From positions 173,339 to 237,338 of the forward strand of contig OZ244906.1 of assembly GCA_965221655.1 (NCBI GenBank): a stretch of 64,000 nucleotides of DNA, given 5' to 3'. Within the stretch, counting starts at the first letter, position 1. Each line of letters starts with the position of its first letter. This document shows, in pieces, positions 29,166-39,321 of the stretch. The notes beneath the pieces were generated by a model. The model saw only the letters and a list, made by a program, of their open reading frames with translations. It did no database searches and was not told the origin of the DNA. The position numbers and the translations under genes are program-made. The DNA comes from a bacterium (GTDB lineage: Bacteria > UBA8248).

Positions 29166-30188
29166 ATGGCTACCACGACGCCGAAGAACGGGGGCGGGCT
29201 GGGACTCACCCGTAAGGATTTTCAGTCCGACCAGGTGGTGCGCTGGTGCCCGGGTTGCGGGGATTACGCGATTCTCGCCCAGATGCAAAAGGTGTTGCCG
29301 GCTCTCGAGATTCCCCGCGAGAAGTTTGTCTTCGTCTCCGGCATCGGGTGTGCGGCGCGCTTCCCCTACTATATGAACACCTTCGGTTTCCACACGATCC
29401 ACGGGCGCGCGCCTGCGTTCGCCACGGGTGTTAAGGTGAGCAACCCCGATCTGTCGGTCTGGGTCATCAGCGGCGACGGCGACGCGCTGAGCATCGGCGG
29501 CAACCACCTCATCCACTCCATGCGGCGCAACGTGGGCGTGAAGATCGTGTTGTTCAACAACCGCGTCTACGGCCTGACCAAGGGCCAGTACTCGCCGACC
29601 TCGCTTTTGGGCTCGCGCACGAAGTCCACGCCCATCGGCTCGGTGGACTACCCTCTCCACCCGCTCACGCTGGCTCTGGGGGCGGAGTGCAGTTTCGTCG
29701 CGCGCACCTCGGACAGGGATCAGCGCCACATGGCCGCGATGTTCGAGGAGATGGCGAACCACGAGGGCACGTCTCTCCTCGAGGTGCTGCAAAACTGCAT
29801 CGTCTTCAACGACGGCGCGTGGCACAAGTACACAGAAAAGGGCCTGAAGGAGCAGAACGTCATCTATCTCGAAGACGGCCAGCCGCTCGTCTTCGGCCCC
29901 GAGGACGACCGCAAGGGCATTGCGCTCGATGACTACAAGGTGCGCCTGGTGGAAGCGGATTCTCCCGAGGTGACGGTCCACCGCGTGAACGACGAGACGG
30001 GCGGCTACGCCCACACGCTCAGCCGCGTCGAGCTCGAGGGCGGCCCGGTGCCCCTGGGCATCTTGCGAAAAGTCGAACGCCCCCCCTTCGAGGAACTCAT
30101 GACCGAGCAGGTCGTCTCGGCCCAGGGCAAGGGCGAGGGCGACATCGACGCACTCCTGAGCTCCGGAGACACCTGGGAGCACCACTAG
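29166..30188 (+). CDS. korB: 2-oxoacid:ferredoxin oxidoreductase beta subunit (TPP-binding)
   Basis: CPGCGDYAILAQMQK..., the GIGCAARFPYY TPP motif and GDGDALSIGGNH. The ATG lies 1 nt after the korA stop. Confidence 0.9.
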   Translation: MATTTPKNGGGLGLTRKDFQSDQVVRWCPGCGDYAILAQMQKVLPALEIPREKFVFVSGIGCAARFPYYMNTFGFHTIHGRAPAFATGVKVSNPDLSVWVISGDGDALSIGGNHLIHSMRRNVGVKIVLFNNRVYGLTKGQYSPTSLLGSRTKSTPIGSVDYPLHPLTLALGAECSFVARTSDRDQRHMAAMFEEMANHEGTSLLEVLQNCIVFNDGAWHKYTEKGLKEQNVIYLEDGQPLVFGPEDDRKGIALDDYKVRLVEADSPEVTVHRVNDETGGYAHTLSRVELEGGPVPLGILRKVERPPFEELMTEQVVSAQGKGEGDIDALLSSGDTWEHH

Positions 30189-30202
30189 CCGCGATCACAC
30201 CT

Positions 30203-30238
30203 GCAAAGGCCGCCGGGATTCGTCGCGGCGGCCTTTTT
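30203..30238 (+). terminator. Rho-independent terminator after korB
   Basis: GGCCGCCG-ggattcgt-CGCGGCGGCC followed by TTTTTG. Confidence 0.6.
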
Positions 30239-30266
30239 GCGCGCCTTCAGGCGCGCGCGGAACCCC

Positions 30267-31127
30267 ATGTCCAAAACATTTACTCTCCTTCTCGTCCACG
30301 CCCATCCCGACGACGAGTGCAGCGGCACCGGCGGCCTGATCGCAAAGAGTGCGCGCGCAGGCCACCGCGTTGTTCTCATCACCTGCACGAACGGAGAGAT
30401 GGGGGAGACGAAGCACCTCGGGCTCGACGCGAAGGTGGAGGCCGACAGGGAGCGGCTCGGCGCGGCCAGGTGCGAGGAATTGGCGCAAGCGGCGCGCATA
30501 TTGGGCGTCGCGCACCTACACCCGCTCGGCTACCGCGATTCAGGCATGGAGGGCTGGGAGGGGAACGGCGACCCGCGCGCCTTCATGAACGCGGAAGAAG
30601 GCGAAGTCGTCGGCAAGCTCGTCGCCCATCTGCGCCGCTACCGTCCCGAGGTGGTCATCACCTACAACGAAGGCGGCGGCTATGGCCACCCCGATCACGT
30701 GATGGCCAACAAGGCCACGACGAAAGCGCTCGAGGCCGCGGCCGACCCCGCATTCTATCCCGAGGCGGGCGAGGCGTGGCGCACGCCCAAGTTTTACCAC
30801 ACGGCGTGGGCGCGCTCGCGCATGATGCGCACCTGGCGGTGGATGCGCTTTTTCGGGCGCAAGACGCCGCTGGACGACCCCGACTTTCGGGAAGACAAGT
30901 ACGGCACGCCGGATGAGGTTATCACCACGCGCGTGAACGTGGGCAAGCACCTGCGGCGCAAATGGCGCGCCCTGAACGCGCACAAGAGCCAGATAACGGG
31001 CAACTTTTTCTGGTGGTTCATTCGGCTGACGGGCCGCTGGCTCTATGAGGAGGAAACCTTCGTGCGCGTCCGCTCGGACGTGGAGACGCCCGAAGAAGAA
31101 CGCTCGGTGTTCGATGGTCTATCCTAG
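30267..31127 (+). CDS. PIG-L/LmbE-family N-acetylglucosaminyl deacetylase/amidase
   Basis: LLLVHAHPDDECSGTGG, the HPDDE zinc-binding signature, and a downstream GHPDHV histidine motif. Confidence 0.8.
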   Translation: MSKTFTLLLVHAHPDDECSGTGGLIAKSARAGHRVVLITCTNGEMGETKHLGLDAKVEADRERLGAARCEELAQAARILGVAHLHPLGYRDSGMEGWEGNGDPRAFMNAEEGEVVGKLVAHLRRYRPEVVITYNEGGGYGHPDHVMANKATTKALEAAADPAFYPEAGEAWRTPKFYHTAWARSRMMRTWRWMRFFGRKTPLDDPDFREDKYGTPDEVITTRVNVGKHLRRKWRALNAHKSQITGNFFWWFIRLTGRWLYEEETFVRVRSDVETPEEERSVFDGLS

Positions 31128-31499
31128 CGGCCTGCTCATCTCGATCAGGAACCCGCTCGGGTCCTCGACCATGAACATGCGCACCCCCCAGGGCACGTCG
31201 CGCGGGGGAAACAGGGGCGCCACCCCTTTTTCGAGGAGGCGTTCGTACGCGGCGTCCACGTCCTCGGGCGTGAGGGTAACCACCACCCCCGCGCCCCTTG
31301 GCTCACGCAAGGGGGGGAGGTTCCATTTGCGCATTTCCGCATCGGGTATCGGCGCGTGGACGACGAGTGCCGCGCTCCCCAGGTCGTAGCGCACGTGGTC
31401 TTTCGCCCGGCTCGCTTCTTTCAGTTCCAGCGTTTCGGTATAAAAAAGACGTGAGGCCGCAAAGTCCGTGGCGATGAGGAATACGGTGGACAAAAGCAA
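31119..31499 (-). CDS. VOC-family (glyoxalase/bleomycin-resistance fold) protein
   Basis: ...ATDFAASRLFYTETLELKE...GVRMFMVEDPSGFLIEM. TTG start at 31499 after AGGGAG with a 7-nt spacer. The longer listed ORF would overlap the divergent ABC gene start. Confidence 0.6.
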   Translation of the reverse strand: MLLSTVFLIATDFAASRLFYTETLELKEASRAKDHVRYDLGSAALVVHAPIPDAEMRKWNLPPLREPRGAGVVVTLTPEDVDAAYERLLEKGVAPLFPPRDVPWGVRMFMVEDPSGFLIEMSRPLG

Positions 31500-31542
31500 G
31501 ACGAATCTCCCTGATTTGCGCGGACGCGCGCCCGGAGAAACC

Positions 31543-32220
31543 ATGCCCCTGATAGAGATGCAAGAAGTCAGCAAGCACTACGCCGGGGGCGACGCTCCCG
31601 TGCGGGCGCTTGTGGACGTGCGCTTTCGCGCCGGGCAGGGGGAGTTTATCACGGTCTCGGGGCCGAGCGGCTCGGGCAAGAGTACGTTCCTGCATCTGCT
31701 GGGGGCGGTGGACGTCCCTTCAAGCGGGCAGGTGTTCTTCGACGGACGCGACATCTCGCGCCTGAGCGATGAGGCGCTCAGCCGCATTCGGCTCGAGGAG
31801 ATGGGCTTCGTCTACCAGTTTTTTCACCTCATGCCCACGATGACCGCGCACGAGAACGTGGCCCTGCCGCTCATCCTGCAGGGCAGGCGGCGCGCAGAAG
31901 CTGCGCGGACCGCCGAGGAAGCCCTGTCTCGCGTGGGGCTCGGGGACCGTATGCGGCACTACCCCTCCCAGCTCTCGGGCGGGGAGATGCAAAGGGTGGC
32001 CGTCGCGCGCGCCGTTGTCCACGGCCCCCGCCTCGTGCTGGCGGATGAGCCGACGGGCAACCTGGATTCGGAAAACTCCCACCGGGTGATGGACCTCGTC
32101 TCGCAGTTGCACGAAGAGGACGGCTTCACCATCGTCATGGCGACCCACGACAAGATGCCCCTGCGCTACGCCACCCGGCGCCTCGAGGTCGTCGACGGAC
32201 GCTTGCGGGAGGAGGCGTGA
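31543..32220 (+). CDS. ABC transporter ATP-binding protein (LolD/MacB-type)
   Basis: MPLIEMQEVSKHYAGGDAPVRALVDV..., GPSGSGKST Walker A, LSGGEMQRVAVARA signature and LVLADEPTGNLD Walker B. Confidence 0.85.
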   Translation: MPLIEMQEVSKHYAGGDAPVRALVDVRFRAGQGEFITVSGPSGSGKSTFLHLLGAVDVPSSGQVFFDGRDISRLSDEALSRIRLEEMGFVYQFFHLMPTMTAHENVALPLILQGRRRAEAARTAEEALSRVGLGDRMRHYPSQLSGGEMQRVAVARAVVHGPRLVLADEPTGNLDSENSHRVMDLVSQLHEEDGFTIVMATHDKMPLRYATRRLEVVDGRLREEA

Positions 32221-34811
32221 GCGCCCTCGTTTCGCTCCTGCGCCTTTTGGCCTGGCGGAGACTCAGGCAAGAGCCCTTCCGGCTGCTCCTCACGCTGGTG
32301 GGCGTGGGGCTGGGCGTCGCCGTTTTCATCGCCATCAAGCTGGCGAACACGGCCTCGGTGCAGGCGTTTCAGAACAGCCTGGAGGTCATCTCGGGCAAGA
32401 CGCAACTGGAAGTCTCGGGCGGCGACCCGGGCGTGGCCGAAGACCTGATTCTCACGCTCGCGGCCATGCCGGAGGTGAAGCGCGCCTCTCCGGTCATCCG
32501 CGGCCACGTGTGGGTGCGCAAGGCGGGCGTTTCGGACGCGCGGTGGCGCCGCGGGGCTTCCTCTGAGGGGCGCTCCGCCCTCGTGCTCGGACTCGACCTG
32601 TTGGGGGATTCGGATTTTCGCACCTATTCGTTCGAGCGCGACTACGTGCGCGACGAGGTGCTTGAGCGCATCGCCGACCCGGAGGGCGTTTTTCTCACGC
32701 GGACGATGGCGCGCGCGATGGGCGTGAAGGCGGGCGATTTCGTCGAAATCGAAGCCGGGCGCAGAATGCGCTTTCGCGTGCGCGGCGTTATGAAGCCCGA
32801 AGGGGTGGCGAAGTCGATGGACGGCCGCCTCCTCATGATGGACGTGGCCGTCGCACAAGAAGCCCTGGATCGCCTGGGCAAACTCGACCGCATCGACCTG
32901 ATTCTCAAAAACGCGGGCGAAGTGGAGGCGGCGCGCGAGAAGATTCGCGCCGTGTTGCCGCCCGGCGTGGTGGTGTCGCGGCCCGAGAGGCGCGGGCGCG
33001 ACGTGGAGAAGATGCTGGCGTCGTTTCAGCTCAACCTCACGGTGCTGAGCGTCATCGCGCTGCTGGCGGGCTGTTTTCTCATCTACAACACCATGTCGGC
33101 CTCGGTACTCAGGCGCAGGGGGGAGATAGCCACCCTGCGCGGGCTGGGGGTGACGGCCAGAGGCGTCGCGCTCCTCTACGGGGCGGAGGCGCTCTGCATC
33201 GGGCTTGCGGGTGCGTGCCTGGGCCTTGCGGCGGGGGCGTTCATGGCCCGGGGCGCGCTTTCGGTCGTCTCGCAGACGATCAGCAACCTCTTCGCGTTTC
33301 TGGAGGTGGGCCGCGTCGCCCCCACGGGCGTCGACCTTCTGGAGGGGCTCGGCGTGGGGGTGGGCGTCGCGTTCGTATCGGGCGTTTTTCCCGCGGTGGT
33401 CGCCGCGCGCCAAAGCCCGCGCCGGGGTCTGGCCGAGCGGGGCGGCAAGGTGCAGGTGCGCCCGCGCACCGTGGCGCTCCTGCTCGGCGGCGCACTCCTC
33501 GCGGGCGCCGTCGCCTGGTGGCTGGGAGGGCAGGCGCTCGCCCGCGGCACGCCGGCGCCCGGCTATCTCGCGGCGGGTGCGGTGATTACCGCCACCGCCC
33601 TGGCGAGCCTCCCGCTCCTCTTATCGGGTTCGTTTGCGCTGCGCGAGGCGCGGGGTCTTTCGGTAAACGGCAGGCTCGCCGCCCACGGCCTGGGCAGACA
33701 CCCGCAGAGAAACGCCGTTACCCTCGCCTCGCTGGCCATCGCCGTTTCCATGCTGGTGAGCCTTTTGCTGATGATAGAGAGCTTCCGCTCGACGGTGGAA
33801 GTCTGGACGCACCAGACGCTGCGGGCGGATTTTTACGCCGCACCCGCTTCGGGCTTTATCAAGGGTGCGCGCACGAGCGTTTCCGAAAACTTGCTGCGCT
33901 CCGTGCGGAGCGTGCCGGGCGTCGCGGCGGTAGATGGCTTTCGCGCGATGCGCCTGCCCTGGCGCGGGGAGCGCATCTCGCTTGCGGGGGGTGATTTTCG
34001 CATCGTGGCCGAGCGGGGCAGGTTGTTGTTCCTGGAAGGCGACGCACGCGCGATTCTCACGCGGGCGCGGACGCGCGGAGAGGCGGTGATAACCGAGACC
34101 TTCGCCAACGCCCACGGAATCAGGCGCGGTGACGTGCTCACGCTTCCCGCACCCGCGGGCGAGGTGCGCGTGCGCGTGGCGGGCGTCTATTACGACTACA
34201 CCACTGACGGCGGCTACGTGGTGGTGGATCGCGCGTTTCTCAAAAAGCACTGGGGCGACGCCCGCCTGAATTCGCTCGCCGTGTACATCGAGGAGGGTGC
34301 GCGGCCCCAGGCGGTGCGCGCCGGGCTCGAGAGCGTTCTCGACCCCGCCGTGGCCATCGTCTCGAACGCGCGCCTCAAGCGGCGCGTGCTGCGCATTTTC
34401 GATCAGACGTTCGCCATCACCTATGCGCTCGAGTTCATCGCCGTTTTGGTGGCCCTGCTCGGCGTCGCCACCGGGCTGGGTTCGAACGTGGTGGAGCGCG
34501 CGCACGAAATCGGCGCGCTGCGCGCGATGGGCGCGACGCGCGCGCGGGTGGGGGCCATCGTCATGGGCGAGGCGGCCATGCTGGGTGCGCTCTCGGTGTT
34601 GCTCGGCCTTGCGGCGGGGGTGTGCCTCGCCTCCATCCTGATCTTCGTCGTCAACAAGCTGAGCTTCGGGTGGACGATTCAGTACGTCTTCCCCTGGCGC
34701 GAGGTGGGGGCCTATCTGCTGCTCGTGGTGTTCGCGGCGCTGGCTGCGGGCTGGCTGCCCGCCCGGGCGGCGGCGCGCGTCTCCATCGGGGAGGCTGTGG
34801 GACGGGAATGA
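32217..34811 (+). CDS. ABC transporter permease with duplicated FtsX domains (MacB-like, two 4-TM modules)
   Basis: 864 aa. Two hydrophobic FtsX-like blocks separated by large extracytoplasmic domains. GTG start overlaps the ATPase stop (GTGA). Confidence 0.85.
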   Translation: MSALVSLLRLLAWRRLRQEPFRLLLTLVGVGLGVAVFIAIKLANTASVQAFQNSLEVISGKTQLEVSGGDPGVAEDLILTLAAMPEVKRASPVIRGHVWVRKAGVSDARWRRGASSEGRSALVLGLDLLGDSDFRTYSFERDYVRDEVLERIADPEGVFLTRTMARAMGVKAGDFVEIEAGRRMRFRVRGVMKPEGVAKSMDGRLLMMDVAVAQEALDRLGKLDRIDLILKNAGEVEAAREKIRAVLPPGVVVSRPERRGRDVEKMLASFQLNLTVLSVIALLAGCFLIYNTMSASVLRRRGEIATLRGLGVTARGVALLYGAEALCIGLAGACLGLAAGAFMARGALSVVSQTISNLFAFLEVGRVAPTGVDLLEGLGVGVGVAFVSGVFPAVVAARQSPRRGLAERGGKVQVRPRTVALLLGGALLAGAVAWWLGGQALARGTPAPGYLAAGAVITATALASLPLLLSGSFALREARGLSVNGRLAAHGLGRHPQRNAVTLASLAIAVSMLVSLLLMIESFRSTVEVWTHQTLRADFYAAPASGFIKGARTSVSENLLRSVRSVPGVAAVDGFRAMRLPWRGERISLAGGDFRIVAERGRLLFLEGDARAILTRARTRGEAVITETFANAHGIRRGDVLTLPAPAGEVRVRVAGVYYDYTTDGGYVVVDRAFLKKHWGDARLNSLAVYIEEGARPQAVRAGLESVLDPAVAIVSNARLKRRVLRIFDQTFAITYALEFIAVLVALLGVATGLGSNVVERAHEIGALRAMGATRARVGAIVMGEAAMLGALSVLLGLAAGVCLASILIFVVNKLSFGWTIQYVFPWREVGAYLLLVVFAALAAGWLPARAAARVSIGEAVGRE

Positions 34812-35905
34812 AAAAAACGCTTGCCTGCTTTATGGCGGCGCTCCTGCTTGCGAGCGCCGCGGCCGCCTGGGCCGACGCTTGGCGCCGCGCCCTGCCGGGC
34901 TATCGCTACGCTTTTCCGCGCGATCACGGCGCGCACCCCGCGTTTCGCACGGAGTGGTGGTATTTTTCGGGAAATCTCCAAGACGCGCGCGGGGGAAAAT
35001 ACCCCTTCATGCTCACCTTCTTTCGGGCGGGGCTGCGCCCCCCCGGCGCGGGGCGAAAATCAAAGAGCCGCTGGGCGCTGCGCAACATCTACGCCGCGCA
35101 CTTCTCCGTTCTCGACGCCCAAAGCGGAGAACACCGCACCTCGGAGCGTATGAGCCGCGGCGCGCTCGAGCAAGCCGGAGCGGAACAAGGGAACTTGCGC
35201 GTCTGGCTGGGCGCGTGGCGCGCGCACAGCACAGGCGGCGCGTTTCGCGTCGAGGCGTCAGGCGAGAAGGCCGCCCTGCGCCTCACGCTCACTCCGCAAA
35301 AGCCCCTCGTGGTGCACGGAGAGGACGGCGTGAGCCAAAAGGCGCCCGGTGCGGGGCGCGCCTCGCACTACTACTCGTTCACGCGGCTGCGCGCCGGGGG
35401 CGTGCTCGAACTCGACGGGAAAACCATTCCCGTGCGGGGGACGGCGTGGATGGACCACGAGTTCGGCTCGAACCAACTCGGCCCCGCCCAGGCGGGGTGG
35501 GACTGGGTGAGCCTGCAGTTGTCCGACGGGCGGGATTTGATGTTATATCTTCTGAGACGAAAAGACGGGGGCGTGGAGCCTACGAGCAGCGGCACCATCG
35601 TCGAGGCGGACGGGCGCGCCGTCCATCTGCGCCTGGGGGATTTTACGCTGCGCGCGACGGGCACCTGGAAGAGCCCGAAGAGCGGGGCGGTCTACCCCAT
35701 GGGGTGGATGGTCGAAGTGCCCGCCCACGGCCTGCGCCTGCGGGTGGAGCCCTACGCCCGCGCACAGGAGATAGAAACGCCGGGCAGCACGCGCATCACC
35801 TACTGGGAGGGGGGCGTGTTCGCCGAAAGCCCCGCGGGCGGCCCCGCCGGCGTGGGTTTTATCGAAATGACGGGCTACGCCTCCGAGGGGCGGCCCAGGT
35901 TTTGA
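34808..35905 (+). CDS. AttH/CrtC-like lipocalin-fold secreted protein
   Basis: Signal peptide MKKTLACFMAALLLASAAAAWA. TEWWYFSGNL and WMDHEFGSN motifs match the AttH/hydroxyneurosporene-synthase-like family. The ATG overlaps the permease stop (ATGA). Confidence 0.75.
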   Translation: MKKTLACFMAALLLASAAAAWADAWRRALPGYRYAFPRDHGAHPAFRTEWWYFSGNLQDARGGKYPFMLTFFRAGLRPPGAGRKSKSRWALRNIYAAHFSVLDAQSGEHRTSERMSRGALEQAGAEQGNLRVWLGAWRAHSTGGAFRVEASGEKAALRLTLTPQKPLVVHGEDGVSQKAPGAGRASHYYSFTRLRAGGVLELDGKTIPVRGTAWMDHEFGSNQLGPAQAGWDWVSLQLSDGRDLMLYLLRRKDGGVEPTSSGTIVEADGRAVHLRLGDFTLRATGTWKSPKSGAVYPMGWMVEVPAHGLRLRVEPYARAQEIETPGSTRITYWEGGVFAESPAGGPAGVGFIEMTGYASEGRPRF

Positions 35906-35944
35906 TTTCTGCGGGGTTGCGCCCCGCGAGCGTGGAGAGAAGAC

Positions 35945-36841
35945 ATGGCGGACGGCGCAAGCGTCGGAATCGTGGGGCTCGGGCTGATGGGAACGGCCAT
36001 GAGCCAAAAGCTCATGGAAGCGGGCTACCGGGTGCAGGGGTTCGACGTCGATGGGAGCAGAATGGAGGTGCTGGCCCAAAACGGTGGCACCCCCGCCGCA
36101 TCTGCGGGCGAGACGGCCCGGGACGCGGACTTCGTGCTCGTCTCGCTGCTCTACAGCAGCGTCGTGCGCGAGGTGTGCCTGGGCGAGGGGGGCGTGGCGG
36201 ACTCTGCGCGCGCGGGGCTCGTCGTCATCGACACTTCGACGTCCAGCCCTGATGATTCCGAGCGTCTCGGTGCGGATTTGCGCGCGCGCGGGGTCGGCTT
36301 CGTGGACGCCAGCCTCAGCGGCTCGCGCAACCAGGTGCTTGAGGGCAACATCGTCTCGGTGGCGGGCGGGGAGCAGGGCGATTTTGACGCGGCAAAGCCG
36401 CTGCTTGCCACCTTCGCCCGCTCCATCCACCACATGGGGCCGAACGGGGCCGGGGCGCGGACGAAGCTCGTCATCAACCTCGTGCTTGGCCTCACGCGCC
36501 TGGCCCTCTCGGAGGGGCTCGTGCTCGGCATGAAGTCGGGCCTCGAGATGGAAGGCCTGCTCGAGGTGCTCAAGGACAGCGCGGCCTACAGCAAGGCGAT
36601 GGATCAGCGCGGCGCGCGAATGGTGCACGCCGACTACGACGAACCCCTCTCGCGCATACGCCAGCACCACAAGGACGTGCGCCTCATCATCGAGCAGGGC
36701 CAAAAGCTCGGCGCGCCGATGCTGCTGAGCTCGATCCACCAGCAAGTACTCCAGGCCGCCGAGATGGGCGGGCTGGGCGACGCGGACAACTCGGCGGTCA
36801 TCGAAGTACTCAGGCGCATGGCGGGCATTCCCTCCCGCTAG
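35945..36841 (+). CDS. NAD-binding beta-hydroxyacid dehydrogenase (3-hydroxyisobutyrate/2-hydroxy-3-oxopropionate reductase family)
   Basis: VGIVGLGLMGTAMSQKL Rossmann motif plus a 6-phosphogluconate-dehydrogenase-like C-terminal helical domain. Confidence 0.85.
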   Translation: MADGASVGIVGLGLMGTAMSQKLMEAGYRVQGFDVDGSRMEVLAQNGGTPAASAGETARDADFVLVSLLYSSVVREVCLGEGGVADSARAGLVVIDTSTSSPDDSERLGADLRARGVGFVDASLSGSRNQVLEGNIVSVAGGEQGDFDAAKPLLATFARSIHHMGPNGAGARTKLVINLVLGLTRLALSEGLVLGMKSGLEMEGLLEVLKDSAAYSKAMDQRGARMVHADYDEPLSRIRQHHKDVRLIIEQGQKLGAPMLLSSIHQQVLQAAEMGGLGDADNSAVIEVLRRMAGIPSR

Positions 36842-36860
36842 CGCGTACATGGGAGGAAGA

Positions 36861-38441
36861 ATGGTGAAGGATATATCCCCGGTTGAACTCAAGAGCCTGA
36901 TGGAAAGCGGCGGCGCGTACGCGGTGCTCGACGTGCGCGACCCGATGGAATTTCACGAAAAACAAATATTCATGACGACGAACGCCCCGCGCTCCGCACT
37001 GGAGTTTCTCGCCCCCCGCCTCGTGCCCGTACGCGCGACGCGCGTGGTGGTGGTGGACGAGGGCGGCCCCCGCGCCGGGCGCGCGGCGGCCCTGCTCGCA
37101 GAGAGCGGCTACGCGGACGTCTCGGTGCTCACAGGCGGCCTGCGCGCCTGGGAGGAGGCGGGCTTCGCGACGGTATCGGGCACCAACGTGCCGAGCAAGG
37201 ACTTCGGCGAGCGGGTGCACGTGGAAAACGCCGTGCCCGAGATTACGGCGGAAGACCTCTTCGCACTCATCGAGGCCGACCCGCCGCCGCGCATATTCGA
37301 CACGCGCACCGAGGTGGAGTTCGAGCGCTTCTGCGTCCCCACCGGGCGCAACCTGCCCGGCGGGGAGCTGATTCTCCACGCCTGGGATTTGGCCCAGGAC
37401 ACCGAGACGCCTCTCATCATCAACTGCGCGGGCCGCACCCGCAGCATCATCGGCACGCAGGCGCTCCACCGTCTGGGCGTCACCCAGGCGCGCGCTCTCA
37501 AAAACGGCGGCATGGGCATCATGCTGGCCGGGCTGCCGCTGGCAGAAGGCGTGGCGAGCGAGATTCCCGCACCCTCCGCGCAAAGCCGCGCCCACGGGGA
37601 GACGCTCGGCGCACAAATTGCGGAGGAGGAGGGAATTCCCTTCGTCTCGCCCGAAGAGCTGCGCGCACTCATCGACGGGGCGGAGAACGAGACCCTCTAT
37701 CTGCTCGACGTGCGCCTGGCGCCCGAATTCTCAGGCGGCCATCTGCCGGGGGCGATCTCCATCCCCGGCGGGCAGGCCGCCCAGCGCACGGATGAGGTAA
37801 TCGCCGTGCGCGCGGGACGGGTGGTGACCTATTGCGACCAGAACGCGCGCGGGATTATGGCGGCCTACTGGCTGCGGCAGATGGGGCTCGACGTAAGCGT
37901 CCTGCGCGGGGGGCTCGCCGCGTGGACGCAAGCCGGCGGCGCACTGGAGAAATCCGACGCCGCCGCCTCGGGCGAAAGCCCCGCCCAGGCCGCGGGCGTC
38001 CTGGGACTGGAAGAAGCCATGCGCGCGGCGCGCGCGTATACGGCACAAGAAACGGCGGAGTGCGGAGTCGTGCTCGACGTGGATACGAGCGCCTCCTACG
38101 AGGGCGGCCACCTGCCGGGCTCAAGCTGGGTGTCGAGGGGGCTCATAGAAGAAGAAGCGCCCGCACAAGCGGGCGACGCACCCCTGGTCTGCGTCTGCGA
38201 GGATGGGCGCAAGTCCGCCCTGAGCGCGCACGCACTCGCGCGGCTGGGCCACGACGCGGGCTACCTCGCGGGCGGCAAGGCGGCCTGGCGGGCGGCGGGC
38301 CGCACACTGCAAACCGGGCGCGCAGGGCTGGGCGACAAACCGAAGGACGTGCAGCTCAAGCCCTACGACATCGGGCGCGGCGCCATGGAGGCCTACCTCA
38401 CCTGGGAGGAGAACCTGGGCCACAAGTACGAGCGCAAGTAG
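36861..38441 (+). CDS. Multi-domain rhodanese (sulfurtransferase) protein, about four tandem rhodanese domains
   Basis: Repeated ...YxxGHIPGA... and CxxGxR active-site loops (NCAGRTRS, YCDQNARG, VCEDGRKS). Confidence 0.85.
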   Translation: MVKDISPVELKSLMESGGAYAVLDVRDPMEFHEKQIFMTTNAPRSALEFLAPRLVPVRATRVVVVDEGGPRAGRAAALLAESGYADVSVLTGGLRAWEEAGFATVSGTNVPSKDFGERVHVENAVPEITAEDLFALIEADPPPRIFDTRTEVEFERFCVPTGRNLPGGELILHAWDLAQDTETPLIINCAGRTRSIIGTQALHRLGVTQARALKNGGMGIMLAGLPLAEGVASEIPAPSAQSRAHGETLGAQIAEEEGIPFVSPEELRALIDGAENETLYLLDVRLAPEFSGGHLPGAISIPGGQAAQRTDEVIAVRAGRVVTYCDQNARGIMAAYWLRQMGLDVSVLRGGLAAWTQAGGALEKSDAAASGESPAQAAGVLGLEEAMRAARAYTAQETAECGVVLDVDTSASYEGGHLPGSSWVSRGLIEEEAPAQAGDAPLVCVCEDGRKSALSAHALARLGHDAGYLAGGKAAWRAAGRTLQTGRAGLGDKPKDVQLKPYDIGRGAMEAYLTWEENLGHKYERK

Positions 38442-38447
38442 GGCGCT

Positions 38448-38804
38448 CTACGCGGAGGGTGTGTCCGCTTTTGCCGCTCCTTGTGCGCGGGATTCCGCGT
38501 TGTACGCGCGCACCTGTCTGGGAATGGTGAATAAATCCACGAATCGCCACATGGTGTAGGGCAAAAAGGCGATGAAGATGATTGCTTTCGTCTGCACGCC
38601 CATGTCGGGCAGGGATATCGAGGTGAGAAAGCCGACAAAAAACGCGGCGGAATAAAGCAGGGCTGAGCGCGGTTTTTCCAGATAGAAGTGGTGTGCCCCC
38701 AGCCAGTCCAAGGCGAGCCACAGCACATAAGCCAAGGCGATCGATTTTTCGCGCGGGCCGGAGCCGCCTCTGCTGGAGACGTGGGGCTTGCCTGCGTTCA
38801 TCAT
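38448..38804 (-). CDS. TM2-domain membrane protein (paralogue 4, shorter and diverged)
   Basis: ...WLALDWLGAHHFYLEKPRSALLY... TM2 signature (G-x-H-x-FYLG) and shared C-terminal motif WRFVDLFTIPRQVRAYN. Confidence 0.7.
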   Translation of the reverse strand: MMNAGKPHVSSRGGSGPREKSIALAYVLWLALDWLGAHHFYLEKPRSALLYSAAFFVGFLTSISLPDMGVQTKAIIFIAFLPYTMWRFVDLFTIPRQVRAYNAESRAQGAAKADTPSA

Positions 38805-39277
38805 CGCCCGTGGGTGCGGGGGGCGTCCGGAAAGCGGCCGGAGAGCCCCTCGGGCGCGGGGTCGGGCGTCGTTCCGGACGCCGGCAGGGAGGCGATGATC
38901 TCCATCTCCAGGTTTTCGTTATAGGCGCGCACCTGCCGGGGGATGGTGAACAGGTCCACGAACCACCACGCGCTGAAGGCGAGCAGGCCGAGCAAACCGA
39001 TGGCGATGGGGACGAGCGCCGCCTGGGAAGAGGTTTCCGCCAACGCACCGCCCGCCGCGATGAATACGACCGCAACGAAAGACTCGATGACGTAGAGAAT
39101 GCCTTTGCGCTTCTTGCCTAAATAAAATTTATGAGAACCGAACCCGCTCAGGAAAAACCACAAGGCGTAGGTGGTGAGCGTGGATTTTCTGCGCCGCCTG
39201 AGTTCGCTCTCCACCGCGCGGAGTTCGTGCGGACTGAGCCTGCTCTTCATGGCGGGGAGTGTGGTTGCCGGCTGCAT
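38801..39277 (-). CDS. TM2-domain membrane protein (paralogue 3)
   Basis: YALWFFLSGFGSHKFYLGKKRKGILY... and WWFVDLFTIPRQVRAYNENLE. Confidence 0.75.
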   Translation of the reverse strand: MQPATTLPAMKSRLSPHELRAVESELRRRRKSTLTTYALWFFLSGFGSHKFYLGKKRKGILYVIESFVAVVFIAAGGALAETSSQAALVPIAIGLLGLLAFSAWWFVDLFTIPRQVRAYNENLEMEIIASLPASGTTPDPAPEGLSGRFPDAPRTHGR

Positions 39278-39321
39278 TTTTTGTTTCTCCTCTCAGAAGC
39301 GGGTCTGCCTGTTTTCGCTCA

